64,000 bases of DNA from Hyphomicrobiales bacterium. GTDB taxonomy: Bacteria > Pseudomonadota > Alphaproteobacteria > Rhizobiales > Xanthobacteraceae. The DNA is taken from contig JAGXQU010000081.1 of NCBI GenBank assembly GCA_018335895.1, forward strand, positions 8,045 to 72,044, given 5' to 3'. How positions within the stretch are numbered: the first letter of the stretch is position 1; each line of letters opens with the position of its first letter. Of the stretch, positions 37,764 to 47,876 are shown piece after piece. Position numbers and translations under genes: made by a program. Under the pieces are notes generated by a model, which ran no database searches, had not been told where the DNA came from, and worked only from the letters and a program-made list of their open reading frames with translations.

Positions 37764-39071
37764 CTATCCCATTTGCATTGCAGATTGCGGCCGAAGTGCC
37801 GCGACCCTGCCCGGCCGTAAGCTTTCGTCCAGCACCATTCCATCCAGAGAAATCTTGGGCTCTCTTCCGGAGAGAATGTCCGCGACCGCTCGACCCGAGC
37901 CCATGGCGAGTGTGAAGCCGAGAGCGCCGTGCCCGACATTCAAAAAGAAATTCGTGTAGCGGGTTGGTCCGACGATGGGCGTGCCGAGCGGGGTTGCCGG
38001 ACGCAGGCCGCACCATGGCTGAACGCGCGAAAAATCAGCGATGCGCGGAAAAGTATCCCGCACCGCGCTGAGCAGCGATTCGATGCGATCTTCCGCAATA
38101 CTGCGATCGTCTCCGCCGATCTCCACGAACCCAGCGACCCGCAGCGCTCCGCCCAGCGGCGCGTAGACGATCTTGTTGTTGTAGTCCGTGATGCTTAGCC
38201 GCGGCCCATCCTCGGGCGAGGCCAGCGGTATGGTTACGCTGTAGCCGCGAAGCGGATAGATCGGCAGATCAATGCCAATGGGCAACGCAAGATTGCGGCT
38301 GTCTATTCCAGCCGCAAGCACATACGCATCGCCATCGACTACTCCGTTCGCCGTCTCAAGCCCGATGATGCGGTTGTTGAGCGACCGGATGCGCGTAACG
38401 GCGGTTTCTTCAAGACACGTGAACTTTCCGCTCGCGGCGAGAACCCGTTTCAATTCCAGACATAAACGATAGCAATCGGCGGTTTCCTCGCTCGGCGTGA
38501 AAATCCCGCCGGCAATCCGGCTCTCGATATCGCGCAGCGAGGGGTCGAGCCTGCAGCATGTCTCGGCATCGAGCGCCTCCTGCTCGCAGCCGAGCGACTT
38601 CTGATAGTCGAGCTGACTTAGCGCCGACTGCCATCCTTTCTCGTTGGTGTAGAGAACGAGCTTCCCGGTTTTCCGATAGGAAAAGGAAAGCCCCTCTTTG
38701 GCCGCGACTTCCTGGACGAGCTTGCGGCTGTAGAACGATAGCTCGAGCAATCGTTGGGTCGTAATGCTGCTCTGCCTCTTCGAGCAGGCACGCAGGAACG
38801 AAATCAGCCAGCGCCACTGATGCGGATCGAATTGCGGGCGCACGCGAACCGGAGCGTCGCGCTTCAGAAGCAGTGAAGGAAGTTCGGCAAAGACCGATGG
38901 GCTCGCCAGCGGCGCAACGTAGCTGTAACTTAACTGGCTGCCGTTGGCGCGACTCGCTCCAGACCCGAGATCGCGCGCCCGATCGAGCATGATTACGTCA
39001 TGGCCCTGTCGCACCAGAAAGTACGCGGTGCAAAGGCCGATGACCCCGCCGCCGATTACGACGACTTTCAT
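37764..39071 (-). CDS. FAD-dependent oxidoreductase, D-amino acid dehydrogenase (DadA)-like
   Basis: 'MKVVVIGGGVIGLCTAYFL' dinucleotide fold; about 435 aa. Confidence 0.85.
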   Translation of the reverse strand: MKVVVIGGGVIGLCTAYFLVRQGHDVIMLDRARDLGSGASRANGSQLSYSYVAPLASPSVFAELPSLLLKRDAPVRVRPQFDPHQWRWLISFLRACSKRQSSITTQRLLELSFYSRKLVQEVAAKEGLSFSYRKTGKLVLYTNEKGWQSALSQLDYQKSLGCEQEALDAETCCRLDPSLRDIESRIAGGIFTPSEETADCYRLCLELKRVLAASGKFTCLEETAVTRIRSLNNRIIGLETANGVVDGDAYVLAAGIDSRNLALPIGIDLPIYPLRGYSVTIPLASPEDGPRLSITDYNNKIVYAPLGGALRVAGFVEIGGDDRSIAEDRIESLLSAVRDTFPRIADFSRVQPWCGLRPATPLGTPIVGPTRYTNFFLNVGHGALGFTLAMGSGRAVADILSGREPKISLDGMVLDESLRPGRVAALRPQSAMQMG

Positions 39072-39110
39072 GACGCGATCGCTGCGCCGCTCACGATTGG
39101 TTCCATAACG

Positions 39111-40436
39111 CTAGGCCCGGCCGACCAGACCGTCGCGTATCAGATCGCGAAGCGTGTCTTCGAAGGCACCGAGAAAGAACGCGACGTCCTTGTCGGTATG
39201 CGCCAATGAAGTGACGCCTCCCATGTAGGACATCAGTTCGACGCCACGGTTACGCAATCCGAGCTGATAGCCGCGCACCAATTCCTTAGGCAGACCGCGG
39301 ATCTGCGCCGGGTCGAGCTTACCGACGCCTCCGTCCTTGTCGGTCTTTCCGAAGAAGACATGGAACGTCGATGCGTCACCGTAAGCGGTACCGGCAATCT
39401 GGTGCTTCTCGAGCGTCGATTTCATTCCTTCGCGGATGCGCGATGCCATTTCGTTCGCGTGCTTCTGCGCCTCGCCGGTGCGCACGACCTTCATCGCCGC
39501 GACTGCGCCCGCCGCAATAATCGAACAGCCGTTGAATGTTCCCTTGTGCGTGACGCCGGGCTTGCGGCCGTTGAAGGCAAACGCCGGATCGAGGAGCCGC
39601 ATGATCTCCTCGCGGCCACCGACGGCACCACCCGGCAGGCCACCCGTCAGGATCTTGGCGAAGGTAGACAGATCCGGCCGAATGCCTACGACCTGTTGCA
39701 TGCCGCCCGGGCTCCAGCGGAAACCGGTGATCACCTCGTCGAAAATCAGAACGACGCCGTACTTGTCCGCGAGCGAACGCAGCGAATGGAGAAACTCCTT
39801 CACCAGCGGCACCGAACCCCAGTTCGGTCCCGAGACCTCGCAGATGATTGCTGCGACGTCGTTGTTCGTCTTCAGGATGCCTTCGACAGCATCCGCTTCA
39901 GGCTTGCTAACGATCGTAAGTTCGCGCATGGCATCCGGAATGCCGCACGATGCAGAACGGTCATAAGGCGCGACCATTCCGTACATCAGGTAGTCGTGCC
40001 AGCCATGATAGTGCTGCTCGAAGCGAATGACCTTCGGCTTCCCGGTAAATGCGCGTGCAAGGCGCAGCGCAAGCATGGTCGATTCCGTTCCGGACGCTGT
40101 GAAGCGCAGCCGCTCCACGGAGGGATACATCCCCTTGACGAGTTCGGCCCATTCAATCTCGAGCGGATGGCAATTCGCGTAGTAGCTGCCGAGCGGCATC
40201 TGCTGCTGCACCGCCGCGACGACGTCGGGGTGCGAATGGCCAAGAAGCAGCGAAGCACTGCCCATCGAGAAGTCGAGATATTCTTTCCCTTCGACATCCC
40301 ACTTCTTCGAACCTTGCGCTCGGTTCACGTAAATCGGATGCGGCTCGGTGTAGCGGTTCTCGTGAGAAATCCCGCCAGCCAGCGCTTCTCTTGCGCGCTT
40401 GAAGTACTCGGCGGAATTCGCGGCTTCGACGGTCAT
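39111..40436 (-). CDS. class III (omega-type) PLP aminotransferase, GSA-aminomutase-like
   Basis: 'LIFDEVITGFRWSPGG'. AGGAG precedes the ATG at 40436; the track ORF starts at 40484. Confidence 0.85.
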   Translation of the reverse strand: MTVEAANSAEYFKRAREALAGGISHENRYTEPHPIYVNRAQGSKKWDVEGKEYLDFSMGSASLLLGHSHPDVVAAVQQQMPLGSYYANCHPLEIEWAELVKGMYPSVERLRFTASGTESTMLALRLARAFTGKPKVIRFEQHYHGWHDYLMYGMVAPYDRSASCGIPDAMRELTIVSKPEADAVEGILKTNNDVAAIICEVSGPNWGSVPLVKEFLHSLRSLADKYGVVLIFDEVITGFRWSPGGMQQVVGIRPDLSTFAKILTGGLPGGAVGGREEIMRLLDPAFAFNGRKPGVTHKGTFNGCSIIAAGAVAAMKVVRTGEAQKHANEMASRIREGMKSTLEKHQIAGTAYGDASTFHVFFGKTDKDGGVGKLDPAQIRGLPKELVRGYQLGLRNRGVELMSYMGGVTSLAHTDKDVAFFLGAFEDTLRDLIRDGLVGRA

Positions 40437-40605
40437 TGGAGCAACTCCTGAGCGAGCGATCAGCGCGCCGTTGGATGTGGGCATTGCCTGCGGCGAGGCG
40501 GACAGTGTCGCAGGCGGCAGTTTTCGTCAACTATTTTGTCGACAATTTAGGAGGGCGAAGAGTGTTGGGAAGCCTTTTCATCTGCGGGGTTCCTAAATTG
40601 CGGGT

Positions 40606-42666
40606 TCAGGCGCCGCGCTGGCTGATGCAATCCAGCGCCGATGACGGCAGAACCGTCACGCGCCACTTCGGTGGAATGACCGAAGTGCATCCCGGCTCTT
40701 CAACGATGGCGGGGCCTTCGAAAATGTATCCGGCATTCATCTTGGTGCGGTCGTAGACCTTGCAGTCGTGCACCTCTCCGTCAAACCAAACCGGACGCTT
40801 TTCGACGACGACGTCTTTGCCCTCACCCAGCGGGAAAGCGATGTCGATCTTGTCGACCAATCCCAGTGCAACGAGACGAATGGCCGTCACCTGAACGGTG
40901 TTGGTCGCGTCGGCATAGCCGAACGTCTCTTCGTGCCGCGCCAGGAAGGCTGCGATCAACGGCTCCCAGGACTTGTTGGTGTCTTGCCACGGAATGGAGA
41001 GCGTGAACGACTGGCCAGCGTAGCGCATGTCGATGCTGAAGGAGAAGCGCTGCCTAGTCTCGGCGAAGCCGTCCTCCTTCAGCTGCGAAGCCGCCTGTAC
41101 GCGAAGCTCCGCGATGCGCTTCTCGAGATCAGAGAACTTGGCGACATTCGCAGCGCCTTCCCAGACCGCGACATAGTCGCGGCGGTGATCGGCGAGCATT
41201 TGTCCGAACGCCGACAGATGGCCCGGCATCGGCGGTATCATCGCGCGAGGAACAAACAACTCGTCTGCAACCGGCAGGAGATGCATCGGTCCTGCACCGC
41301 CAAATCCGAACAGCACGAAGTCACGCGGATCGTGCCCGCGATGCACCGACACTTCGCGCACGGCTCCGGCCATCTTCGCCACGGCAATCCGCAGGGCACT
41401 TTCGGCGAGTTCCTGCACATCCTCCTTGCCACGGCCTATCTGTGCAGCAAGTTTCGCCATCGCCTCACGTGCGGCGTCGATGGAGAGTTTCAGCCCGCCA
41501 CTGATCGCGCGTTCCGAAGGCAAACGGCCAAGAATGAGGTTCGCATCCGAAATCGTAGGCAGCTTTCCTCCACGGAGATAACAGGCGGGACCGGGTATCG
41601 CGCCGGCGCTTTGCGGGCCGACTTCGAGCGTTCCGTCCGGTTGCGCCGAAATAATGCTGCCGCCGCCTGCACCAATCGTATGAATATCAAGCTGAGGCCA
41701 GGCGAGCGGAAACGCTTCGTGCTGATTGTCGTGCGACGTCCGCGCCATGCGATTGTGAATCAGCGCAACGTCGGTGCTGGTTCCGCCCATGTCGAACGTG
41801 ATGCAGTTCGCCGTGTCCGTCATCTCGCAGATGCGGATCGTGCCGTTCACGCCGCCTACGGGACCTGAAAGGAAAGTCGACACCGCGGTTGCCGCTGCGC
41901 GCTCAAGCGTCATCGCGCCGCCATTCGAGGTCATGATGCTCACGGGAGCTTTCACGCCGCGATCGGCGAGCGCTGCCGTGAGGGTCTTGAGATAGTCGAC
42001 GATGCGCGGCGTCAGATAGGCGTTGAGCACGCAGGTGGAGAAACGGCCGAACTCGCCTTTCTCGGGCAGCAGCACGGCGGACTCGGTAACGGGCACACCA
42101 GGCAGTAGCTTGCGCAGCGCCTCGCCTGCTTTCACTTCGTTCGAGGCGTTCTTGTAGGAATTGACAAAGCAGATCGCAACGGCGCCAACATCCGCATCCT
42201 TTAAGGATTTCGCGACCGCGGAATAGTCGAAGCCGTTGATGTCGCGAAGCACGGAGCCATCTGCAGCGACGCGTTCCGGCGCTTCGAGACGCAAGGATCG
42301 ATCGATCAGTGGTGCTTGGCGGACGAACTTAATATCGAACAGTCCGCCGACCAGACGCCGTGTGAGGCCGATTTCAATGACGTCGCGAAAGCCTTCGGTT
42401 GTCAGAAGGCCGGTCTTCGCGCCCTTCTGTTCGAGAACCGTATTCGTTGCGATGGTCGTACCGTGCACGAAGGCGATGATCGAACCCAGATCAATGCCGA
42501 GCGCATGCAAGGCTTCGAGCACGCCGCGCCATTGGTTGCCCGGAACGGACGGCACCTTGGCCGACAGCACCACATGGTTCGCGGCGTTGTAGCAGAGGAT
42601 GTCGGTAAAGGTGCCGCCGACATCGATGCCGACAATGTGCGTTCCGGTTTTCATGGCACTCGTCAT
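40606..42666 (-). CDS. hydantoinase/oxoprolinase family protein, A (HyuA-type) subunit
   Basis: 'IVGIDVGGTFTDI' and overall length. ATG at 42666, 10 nt after the hyuB stop; the track ORF starts at 42816. Confidence 0.9.
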   Translation of the reverse strand: MTSAMKTGTHIVGIDVGGTFTDILCYNAANHVVLSAKVPSVPGNQWRGVLEALHALGIDLGSIIAFVHGTTIATNTVLEQKGAKTGLLTTEGFRDVIEIGLTRRLVGGLFDIKFVRQAPLIDRSLRLEAPERVAADGSVLRDINGFDYSAVAKSLKDADVGAVAICFVNSYKNASNEVKAGEALRKLLPGVPVTESAVLLPEKGEFGRFSTCVLNAYLTPRIVDYLKTLTAALADRGVKAPVSIMTSNGGAMTLERAAATAVSTFLSGPVGGVNGTIRICEMTDTANCITFDMGGTSTDVALIHNRMARTSHDNQHEAFPLAWPQLDIHTIGAGGGSIISAQPDGTLEVGPQSAGAIPGPACYLRGGKLPTISDANLILGRLPSERAISGGLKLSIDAAREAMAKLAAQIGRGKEDVQELAESALRIAVAKMAGAVREVSVHRGHDPRDFVLFGFGGAGPMHLLPVADELFVPRAMIPPMPGHLSAFGQMLADHRRDYVAVWEGAANVAKFSDLEKRIAELRVQAASQLKEDGFAETRQRFSFSIDMRYAGQSFTLSIPWQDTNKSWEPLIAAFLARHEETFGYADATNTVQVTAIRLVALGLVDKIDIAFPLGEGKDVVVEKRPVWFDGEVHDCKVYDRTKMNAGYIFEGPAIVEEPGCTSVIPPKWRVTVLPSSALDCISQRGA

Positions 42667-42676
42667 CGCTGTTTCT

Positions 42677-44716
42677 TCAATGAGCTGCCGTACGCACGGC
42701 GCGCACTTCAACCCGATCGCCGACTTCGGCTGCGAGCAGCGCGAGGGTTGCCGCGTCGATGCGAAGCGTGTCACCGCTGCCATCGACGATCCGCACCCAG
42801 GCGCGGGGGGAAGCATGATCGGGGGTGACGATTTCGACGAGCGCGCCCTCGGCCACCGAAAGACGCGTGGCGGCGGCCCGCGGAAGCTCGACGATCCGCT
42901 TAAAGCCCTCCAGCAATTCCGTGTTCACAAGCTGCAACGAGAGGAACACACGTGCTGATCGGATTTCTTCGCGCTTCTTCCGAGTCGTCTCGAGGTCGAT
43001 ACGCAGGTTAGGGGAGATCGAAACACCGTAGCGCCGAAACGCTTCATCCGCGCTCAAATAGCCCAACGCCACATCTTTAAGGACCTTCTCCGGGTCACGC
43101 TCCAGCGGATCGCCGTAGCCGCCGCCGCCAGCGGTTTCCATCACGACAATGTCGCCGTCACTCAGCGCGAAGCCCGCAACCTTTCCCGGGTGTGCGGAGG
43201 GCTCAACCAGATTTTCTCCCCGCTTCACCACGAAATGGTTCGGTGCACCGTAGACGCCGCCCATCACACCATAGGGCGGAATGACGTTGCGATCCGAGAG
43301 GATCGACAGCGAAGCGCTGTCGCTCAGGACGCGGATGCAGCGCCGCATGCCAAAGCCACCCCTGTTCTTGCCATCGCCGCAGGAGTTCTCGCGGATGCCA
43401 TAGCTTTCGACACGAAGCGGAAGCGAACTTTCGACCACTTCGATGGATTGCACCGAATTGAAATCGCCATCGCTGAAGGCGCGAACCACGGTGCCTCCAT
43501 CGAGGTCTTTGGAGGCGCCCGTGCCGCCCGCCGGATACTCGTAAAATAGGAACGATCCCCATTTCGGATCGTTGCCGCCGATCAGCGTGTGGTTGGCCCC
43601 GCCCTTCAGCGCACCGGCAATCATTTCCGGCATCGCCTGACCGAGTGCCGCGACCATCAGCGAGTCGAGCAGGGCTTTCACCTCAACCATGCCGCCACAC
43701 GGCGCAGGCCAGCGCGCATTGATAAAACTGCCGACGGGAGCAATGACCTCGATCGGCTCGAACGAACCGTGATTGATGGATGTCTTCGGATCCAGAAACG
43801 CCTTCGCAATCGTGCACACGGCATTCGGCGCCATCGAAGGTCCGACATTCGTCGGGCCCCTAGTTTGCGGAGCGGTGCCGGTGAAATCCGCGATCATGCG
43901 GTCGCCGTCGATCGTGAGCTTCAGGCGGGCAACGATCGGCTCGTGATCGTTGCCGTTGGATTCGATGTAGCCCTCTGCGTAGTAGACGCCGTCCGGACAA
44001 GCCCTGATCCGCTCGCGCATCACTTGCTCCGAGCGCCGCATCAACTCGTCGATCGAAGAAAGCAGTTTCTCAACGCCGAAACGCGTGAGCAGGCGTTGGA
44101 CATGCTGCTCCGCCTTGCGCGACGTGCCGAGCATGGTCTTGAAATCGCCGCGGCGCTCGGCCGGATTACGCATGTTCTGAAACAGGAGTTCGAGAAACGG
44201 TTCGTTCAACTTCCCCTTCTCGCAAATGCGCGTGGGGACAATACGTATGCCCTCCTGGAGAATTTCCGTGACGCGGCCCGACAGACTCCCCGGGGTCGAG
44301 CCACCCACGTCGCCCCAATGGCAGCGTGCCGCAGCAAACAGCACAAGCTTCCCGCCAGAAAATACGGGATAGAGCATGAGCACGTCGTTCAGATGGGTGC
44401 CGCCCGTATAGGGATCGTTGTGAAGGAATACGTCTCCTTCATGAATGTCGCCGCTGAACACGCGGACGATCTCGCGCGCGGAATGAGGCACGGCAAAAAT
44501 GTGAAGCGGATTGTCGTCGAGCGATTGCGCGAGCAGCCGGCCATCGGCGCTGACCAGCGCGCAGGAGAAGTCGTGACCTTCGTAGATAATCGACGAGTAA
44601 GAGGAATGGATGATGTTCGCGCGCATCTCTTTCACGACCGCGACGAGGGACTCGCGCACCAGTTCCAGTACGCCGATGTCCTTGTTCTTTTCCGCTCTGG
44701 CATTTTGCCTGGGCAT
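42677..44716 (-). CDS. hydantoinase B/oxoprolinase family protein with ~100-aa C-terminal extension
   Basis: 'NDPYTGGTHLNDV' motif. At 679 aa it is longer than typical HyuB. Confidence 0.9.
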   Translation of the reverse strand: MPRQNARAEKNKDIGVLELVRESLVAVVKEMRANIIHSSYSSIIYEGHDFSCALVSADGRLLAQSLDDNPLHIFAVPHSAREIVRVFSGDIHEGDVFLHNDPYTGGTHLNDVLMLYPVFSGGKLVLFAAARCHWGDVGGSTPGSLSGRVTEILQEGIRIVPTRICEKGKLNEPFLELLFQNMRNPAERRGDFKTMLGTSRKAEQHVQRLLTRFGVEKLLSSIDELMRRSEQVMRERIRACPDGVYYAEGYIESNGNDHEPIVARLKLTIDGDRMIADFTGTAPQTRGPTNVGPSMAPNAVCTIAKAFLDPKTSINHGSFEPIEVIAPVGSFINARWPAPCGGMVEVKALLDSLMVAALGQAMPEMIAGALKGGANHTLIGGNDPKWGSFLFYEYPAGGTGASKDLDGGTVVRAFSDGDFNSVQSIEVVESSLPLRVESYGIRENSCGDGKNRGGFGMRRCIRVLSDSASLSILSDRNVIPPYGVMGGVYGAPNHFVVKRGENLVEPSAHPGKVAGFALSDGDIVVMETAGGGGYGDPLERDPEKVLKDVALGYLSADEAFRRYGVSISPNLRIDLETTRKKREEIRSARVFLSLQLVNTELLEGFKRIVELPRAAATRLSVAEGALVEIVTPDHASPRAWVRIVDGSGDTLRIDAATLALLAAEVGDRVEVRAVRTAAH

Positions 44717-44748
44717 AGACGCTTCCCCTTATGCGCCTAGATTTTGCG

Positions 44749-44764
44749 TTTTTGTCGACAAAAA
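44749..44764. promoter_or_regulatory. perfect 16-bp palindrome TTTTTGTCGACAAAAA (GntR-type operator candidate)
   Basis: Read directly, 33-48 nt upstream of the hyuB start. The related cores TTGTCGACAA (40536-40545), TTGTCAACAA (47408-47417) and TGTTGACAA (63091-63099) lie upstream of other minus-strand operons. Confidence 0.5.
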
Positions 44765-44847
44765 AGTCAACACATTTATAGGCGCTGAAAGCGCCCTCCT
44801 CGGGCGCTTCGCGACCCGAAGTTAAGAAATGGAAAGGGGCCCTGTTC

Positions 44848-45519
44848 TCAGAAAATGAAGTCGCGATACCGGTCGATCGAATCCCGCGCCGTCGCGATAA
44901 TTTTGGATTTCAAGTTCGCCGCAGTCTCGGCTTCGCCCGCGGCAAGTGCCTTCGTAAGTTTGCGGTGCAAGTCGAACCCGAGTTCCGCCCGCCCCTGCAA
45001 TACGACGACGCGGCGTGCCATAACCTGGGTGCGGTCGTGAATACGGTCGAGCATGTCCGCTAAGATCGGATTGTTTGAGTGCCTGATAATCCGACGGTTC
45101 AGGTCGCGCAGAATGGCTTCGTAGTCCTCGTAGTCGCCCTTCCGCAGCTTCGACTCAATCGCCGGGCTGAACCGCTTCAAAAGATCGTCCCACGCACCTT
45201 TCGGGGCCGCGGTTGCCGCCAGCCGCGCCGCCAGCGCTTCAAGCGCCTCCCGCACGTGATAGAGATTGATGGCTTGGGCGGCATCGAGATACGAGACCAT
45301 CGCCCCGCGGTTGGGCACACGAACGATTAAGCCGCGCTGCTCAAGCGCGGTGAAAATCTCTCTCACATGAGACCGCGAAAGGCCGAACTCGGCCGCCATC
45401 TCCTGCTCGCGAAGCTTGCTGCCCGGAAGCAACTGATGATCGGAGATCCGATTGCGGATGGTCTCGAAAGCATCCTTTCGGCTCTTGGCGGCTTTTGCCC
45501 GCTGCGGTTTTTTGGACAT
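44848..45519 (-). CDS. GntR-family regulator (FadR/FCD subfamily)
   Basis: 'LPGSKLREQEMAAEFGLSRSHVREIFTALEQRGLIVRVPNRG' and a helical C-terminal domain. Confidence 0.9.
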   Translation of the reverse strand: MSKKPQRAKAAKSRKDAFETIRNRISDHQLLPGSKLREQEMAAEFGLSRSHVREIFTALEQRGLIVRVPNRGAMVSYLDAAQAINLYHVREALEALAARLAATAAPKGAWDDLLKRFSPAIESKLRKGDYEDYEAILRDLNRRIIRHSNNPILADMLDRIHDRTQVMARRVVVLQGRAELGFDLHRKLTKALAAGEAETAANLKSKIIATARDSIDRYRDFIF

Positions 45520-45621
45520 CTTGCGTTCCGGCTACGCGGCGATTCATAGCAAAAGCACAAGACTTTTTCCACATTTCGCCACGCGCCATCGGAAGACAGC
45601 GCGTGGCTTCATGGAAGTCGC

Positions 45622-47313
45622 TTAGCCGGACTTCGCTCCCGAGCGATGCGCAAACGAATCGCGCCGGAAGCTGTAGAGCGCGTTGGGGTCCATCTGGATG
45701 TCCACGACCGCAGGCTTGCCGCATTGAAGCGCGGCCTCGACCGTCGGTCCGATGTCCTGCGGACGCTCCACGCGATAACCCTTCGCACCGTACAGCTCGG
45801 CGACCTTGTCATAGGGCGGATTCTTCACGTCCGCGCCGATGTATCGGCCGTCGAAGAAGTCGCGCTGGTAGGCCTTTTCCGCGCCCCAGCAGTGATTGTT
45901 CATCACGATCGTCACGGTGTTAAGCCCGCAGGAAACGGCGGTACTCAGTTCCGACATCGTCATGCCGAATCCTCCGTCGCCCATGAGGCTGACGACCGGA
46001 CGGTCCGGCGCCGCGGCCTTGGCACCCAAGCCCGCAGCATAGGAGAAGCCGACCAGACCGAAATCGAGTGGGCTCAGGAAAGACGGCGGCTCCAGATGAT
46101 AAAGCGCATCGGTCGCCTGAAGGCACAGCGTGCCGGCATCTATTGTCACGATCGAATTGGCAGGCAGTACGCCCCGCAGCACCTTGAACAGCGTCTGCGG
46201 CTGGATCGGTGACGTCATCGCCGATCCCTTCTCGTCGCGCTCTTCCAGCATTTTCTTCCGCTTGGACTGGAAGTTCGTCGTCCATTGTCCAGCCTTCGCG
46301 TTGCGCTTCATGCCCTGGATTTCGCGCGTGAGCTGCACAGCAACCTTCGCGGCATCGCCCCAGATGCCGATCGAAACCGGGAAGTGACGGCCGATCGCCG
46401 TCGGTTCAATTTCGACCTGAATGATCTTCGCGTTGCGATTGAGGTTGTCGTACGAATAGAACGTCGAATTGAAACCGAGCCGCGTGCCGAGGGCGAGAAT
46501 GACGTCCGCCTCGCGTGCAAGATCGGAAGCGACCGGATTGCCGCGCGGACCCACGCCACCCGCAAACAGCGGATGATTGTTCGGGATTGCGTCGCTGTGT
46601 CCCGCCGCCGCCGCAACCGGCGCGTTCAGGAGTTCACCGAGCGCAAGCACCGCCTTGTGACCTCTACTCCATTTCACACCTGCGCCGGCGACGATCAGCG
46701 GCCGCTCGGCGTTAGCGAGCAAATTGGCCGCTTCCGCGATCTGGTCGGCATCGCCCTGCGGAGTGACCTGCACACGATAGGCGGCGGGATTTCCTGCCGC
46801 TTCGAACTCCGCAGATTCGGAGAGCACGTCGCGGGGAAGGTTCAACTGCACAGGGCCCATTCGTGGCGTCATCGCCGTGCGGAAGGCTTCACGAAACATT
46901 TCTGGGATTCGCTCCGTGCGGTTGACGGTCCACGTCTTCTTGGTGATCGGCGTCGCGAGAGCTTGCTGATCGACTTCCTGAAACGCGCCGCGATATTGAT
47001 GCGCGGAAGACAGCATGCCCGCGATGGCAATCACGGGCGAAAACGCGGCCGATGCCTGCGCGAGCCCCGTCACGAGATTGGTAACGCCCGGACCGTTCTG
47101 TCCGGCGAGAACAACGCCCGCCTTGCCGGAAACACGCGCATACGCGTCGGCCATGTGCGTGCCGGTGCGCTCGTCGCGAATGCCGATGAAGCGGACGTCG
47201 TTGGCGTCATAGAGCGCATCGAACACCTCCATCGTTGCAGAACCGATGAGTCCGAATACGCAACGCACATCCTCGGCACGAAGGGACTCAACGACTGCCC
47301 TTCCGCCTGTCAT
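45622..47313 (-). CDS. thiamine pyrophosphate-dependent enzyme (acetolactate synthase large-subunit-like)
   Basis: 'GPGVTNLVTGLAQA' and TPP motif 'GDGGFGMTMSEL...NN'. ATG at 47313; the track ORF starts at 47388. Confidence 0.85.
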   Translation of the reverse strand: MTGGRAVVESLRAEDVRCVFGLIGSATMEVFDALYDANDVRFIGIRDERTGTHMADAYARVSGKAGVVLAGQNGPGVTNLVTGLAQASAAFSPVIAIAGMLSSAHQYRGAFQEVDQQALATPITKKTWTVNRTERIPEMFREAFRTAMTPRMGPVQLNLPRDVLSESAEFEAAGNPAAYRVQVTPQGDADQIAEAANLLANAERPLIVAGAGVKWSRGHKAVLALGELLNAPVAAAAGHSDAIPNNHPLFAGGVGPRGNPVASDLAREADVILALGTRLGFNSTFYSYDNLNRNAKIIQVEIEPTAIGRHFPVSIGIWGDAAKVAVQLTREIQGMKRNAKAGQWTTNFQSKRKKMLEERDEKGSAMTSPIQPQTLFKVLRGVLPANSIVTIDAGTLCLQATDALYHLEPPSFLSPLDFGLVGFSYAAGLGAKAAAPDRPVVSLMGDGGFGMTMSELSTAVSCGLNTVTIVMNNHCWGAEKAYQRDFFDGRYIGADVKNPPYDKVAELYGAKGYRVERPQDIGPTVEAALQCGKPAVVDIQMDPNALYSFRRDSFAHRSGAKSG

Positions 47314-47531
47314 GGATTTTTTCACGACTTCCTCCCTGATCGGCACGCTCCGCCGCCAATACCGGGCGGAACATCCTAAGGGCGCCAAGATGATGGATCG
47401 TCAAATATTGTCAACAAAAATGTCTTCAATATCTGCAGTCTGCACGCGAACGGCCGCCGCCGGTTCCCGCGCAGTGGCGCGAGGCCGGTTCATGACGCGA
47501 TGATTGAGAAAAACGCGCGTGCAGCGCGGGA

Positions 47532-47867
47532 TCATGCACCGGCTGCGTGCTCGGCGACGACTTCATCGAGCCAGGTCAGCGCCTTGGTAACGTCTGCAAG
47601 CGGGGACGCGGCGCCCATCGGAATCATAACAACCTGCTCGAGCACTTCCTTCGGCATGCCGGCCTTGAGCCCGCGCAGAGCATGAACCCGGAAGGACCGC
47701 TCGCAGCCGCGCGCCGCGAAGCAACCAATCAGGATCAACTCACAAGTATTCGCGTCGAGGGGACCGGACTGCATAATTGCGTCGCGCATCCCTCTATAAT
47801 GTATGCCCGCGTGCTCGTTCACTTTGCGCAACTGGATCGAAGGAAGGTTGACGAGATCGGTAGGCAT
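47532..47867 (-). CDS. carboxymuconolactone decarboxylase (AhpD-like) family protein
   Basis: Small helical protein whose 'CELILIGCFAARGCERS' region resembles the CMD family. Confidence 0.65.
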   Translation of the reverse strand: MPTDLVNLPSIQLRKVNEHAGIHYRGMRDAIMQSGPLDANTCELILIGCFAARGCERSFRVHALRGLKAGMPKEVLEQVVMIPMGAASPLADVTKALTWLDEVVAEHAAGA

Positions 47868-47876
47868 TGCTCACTC

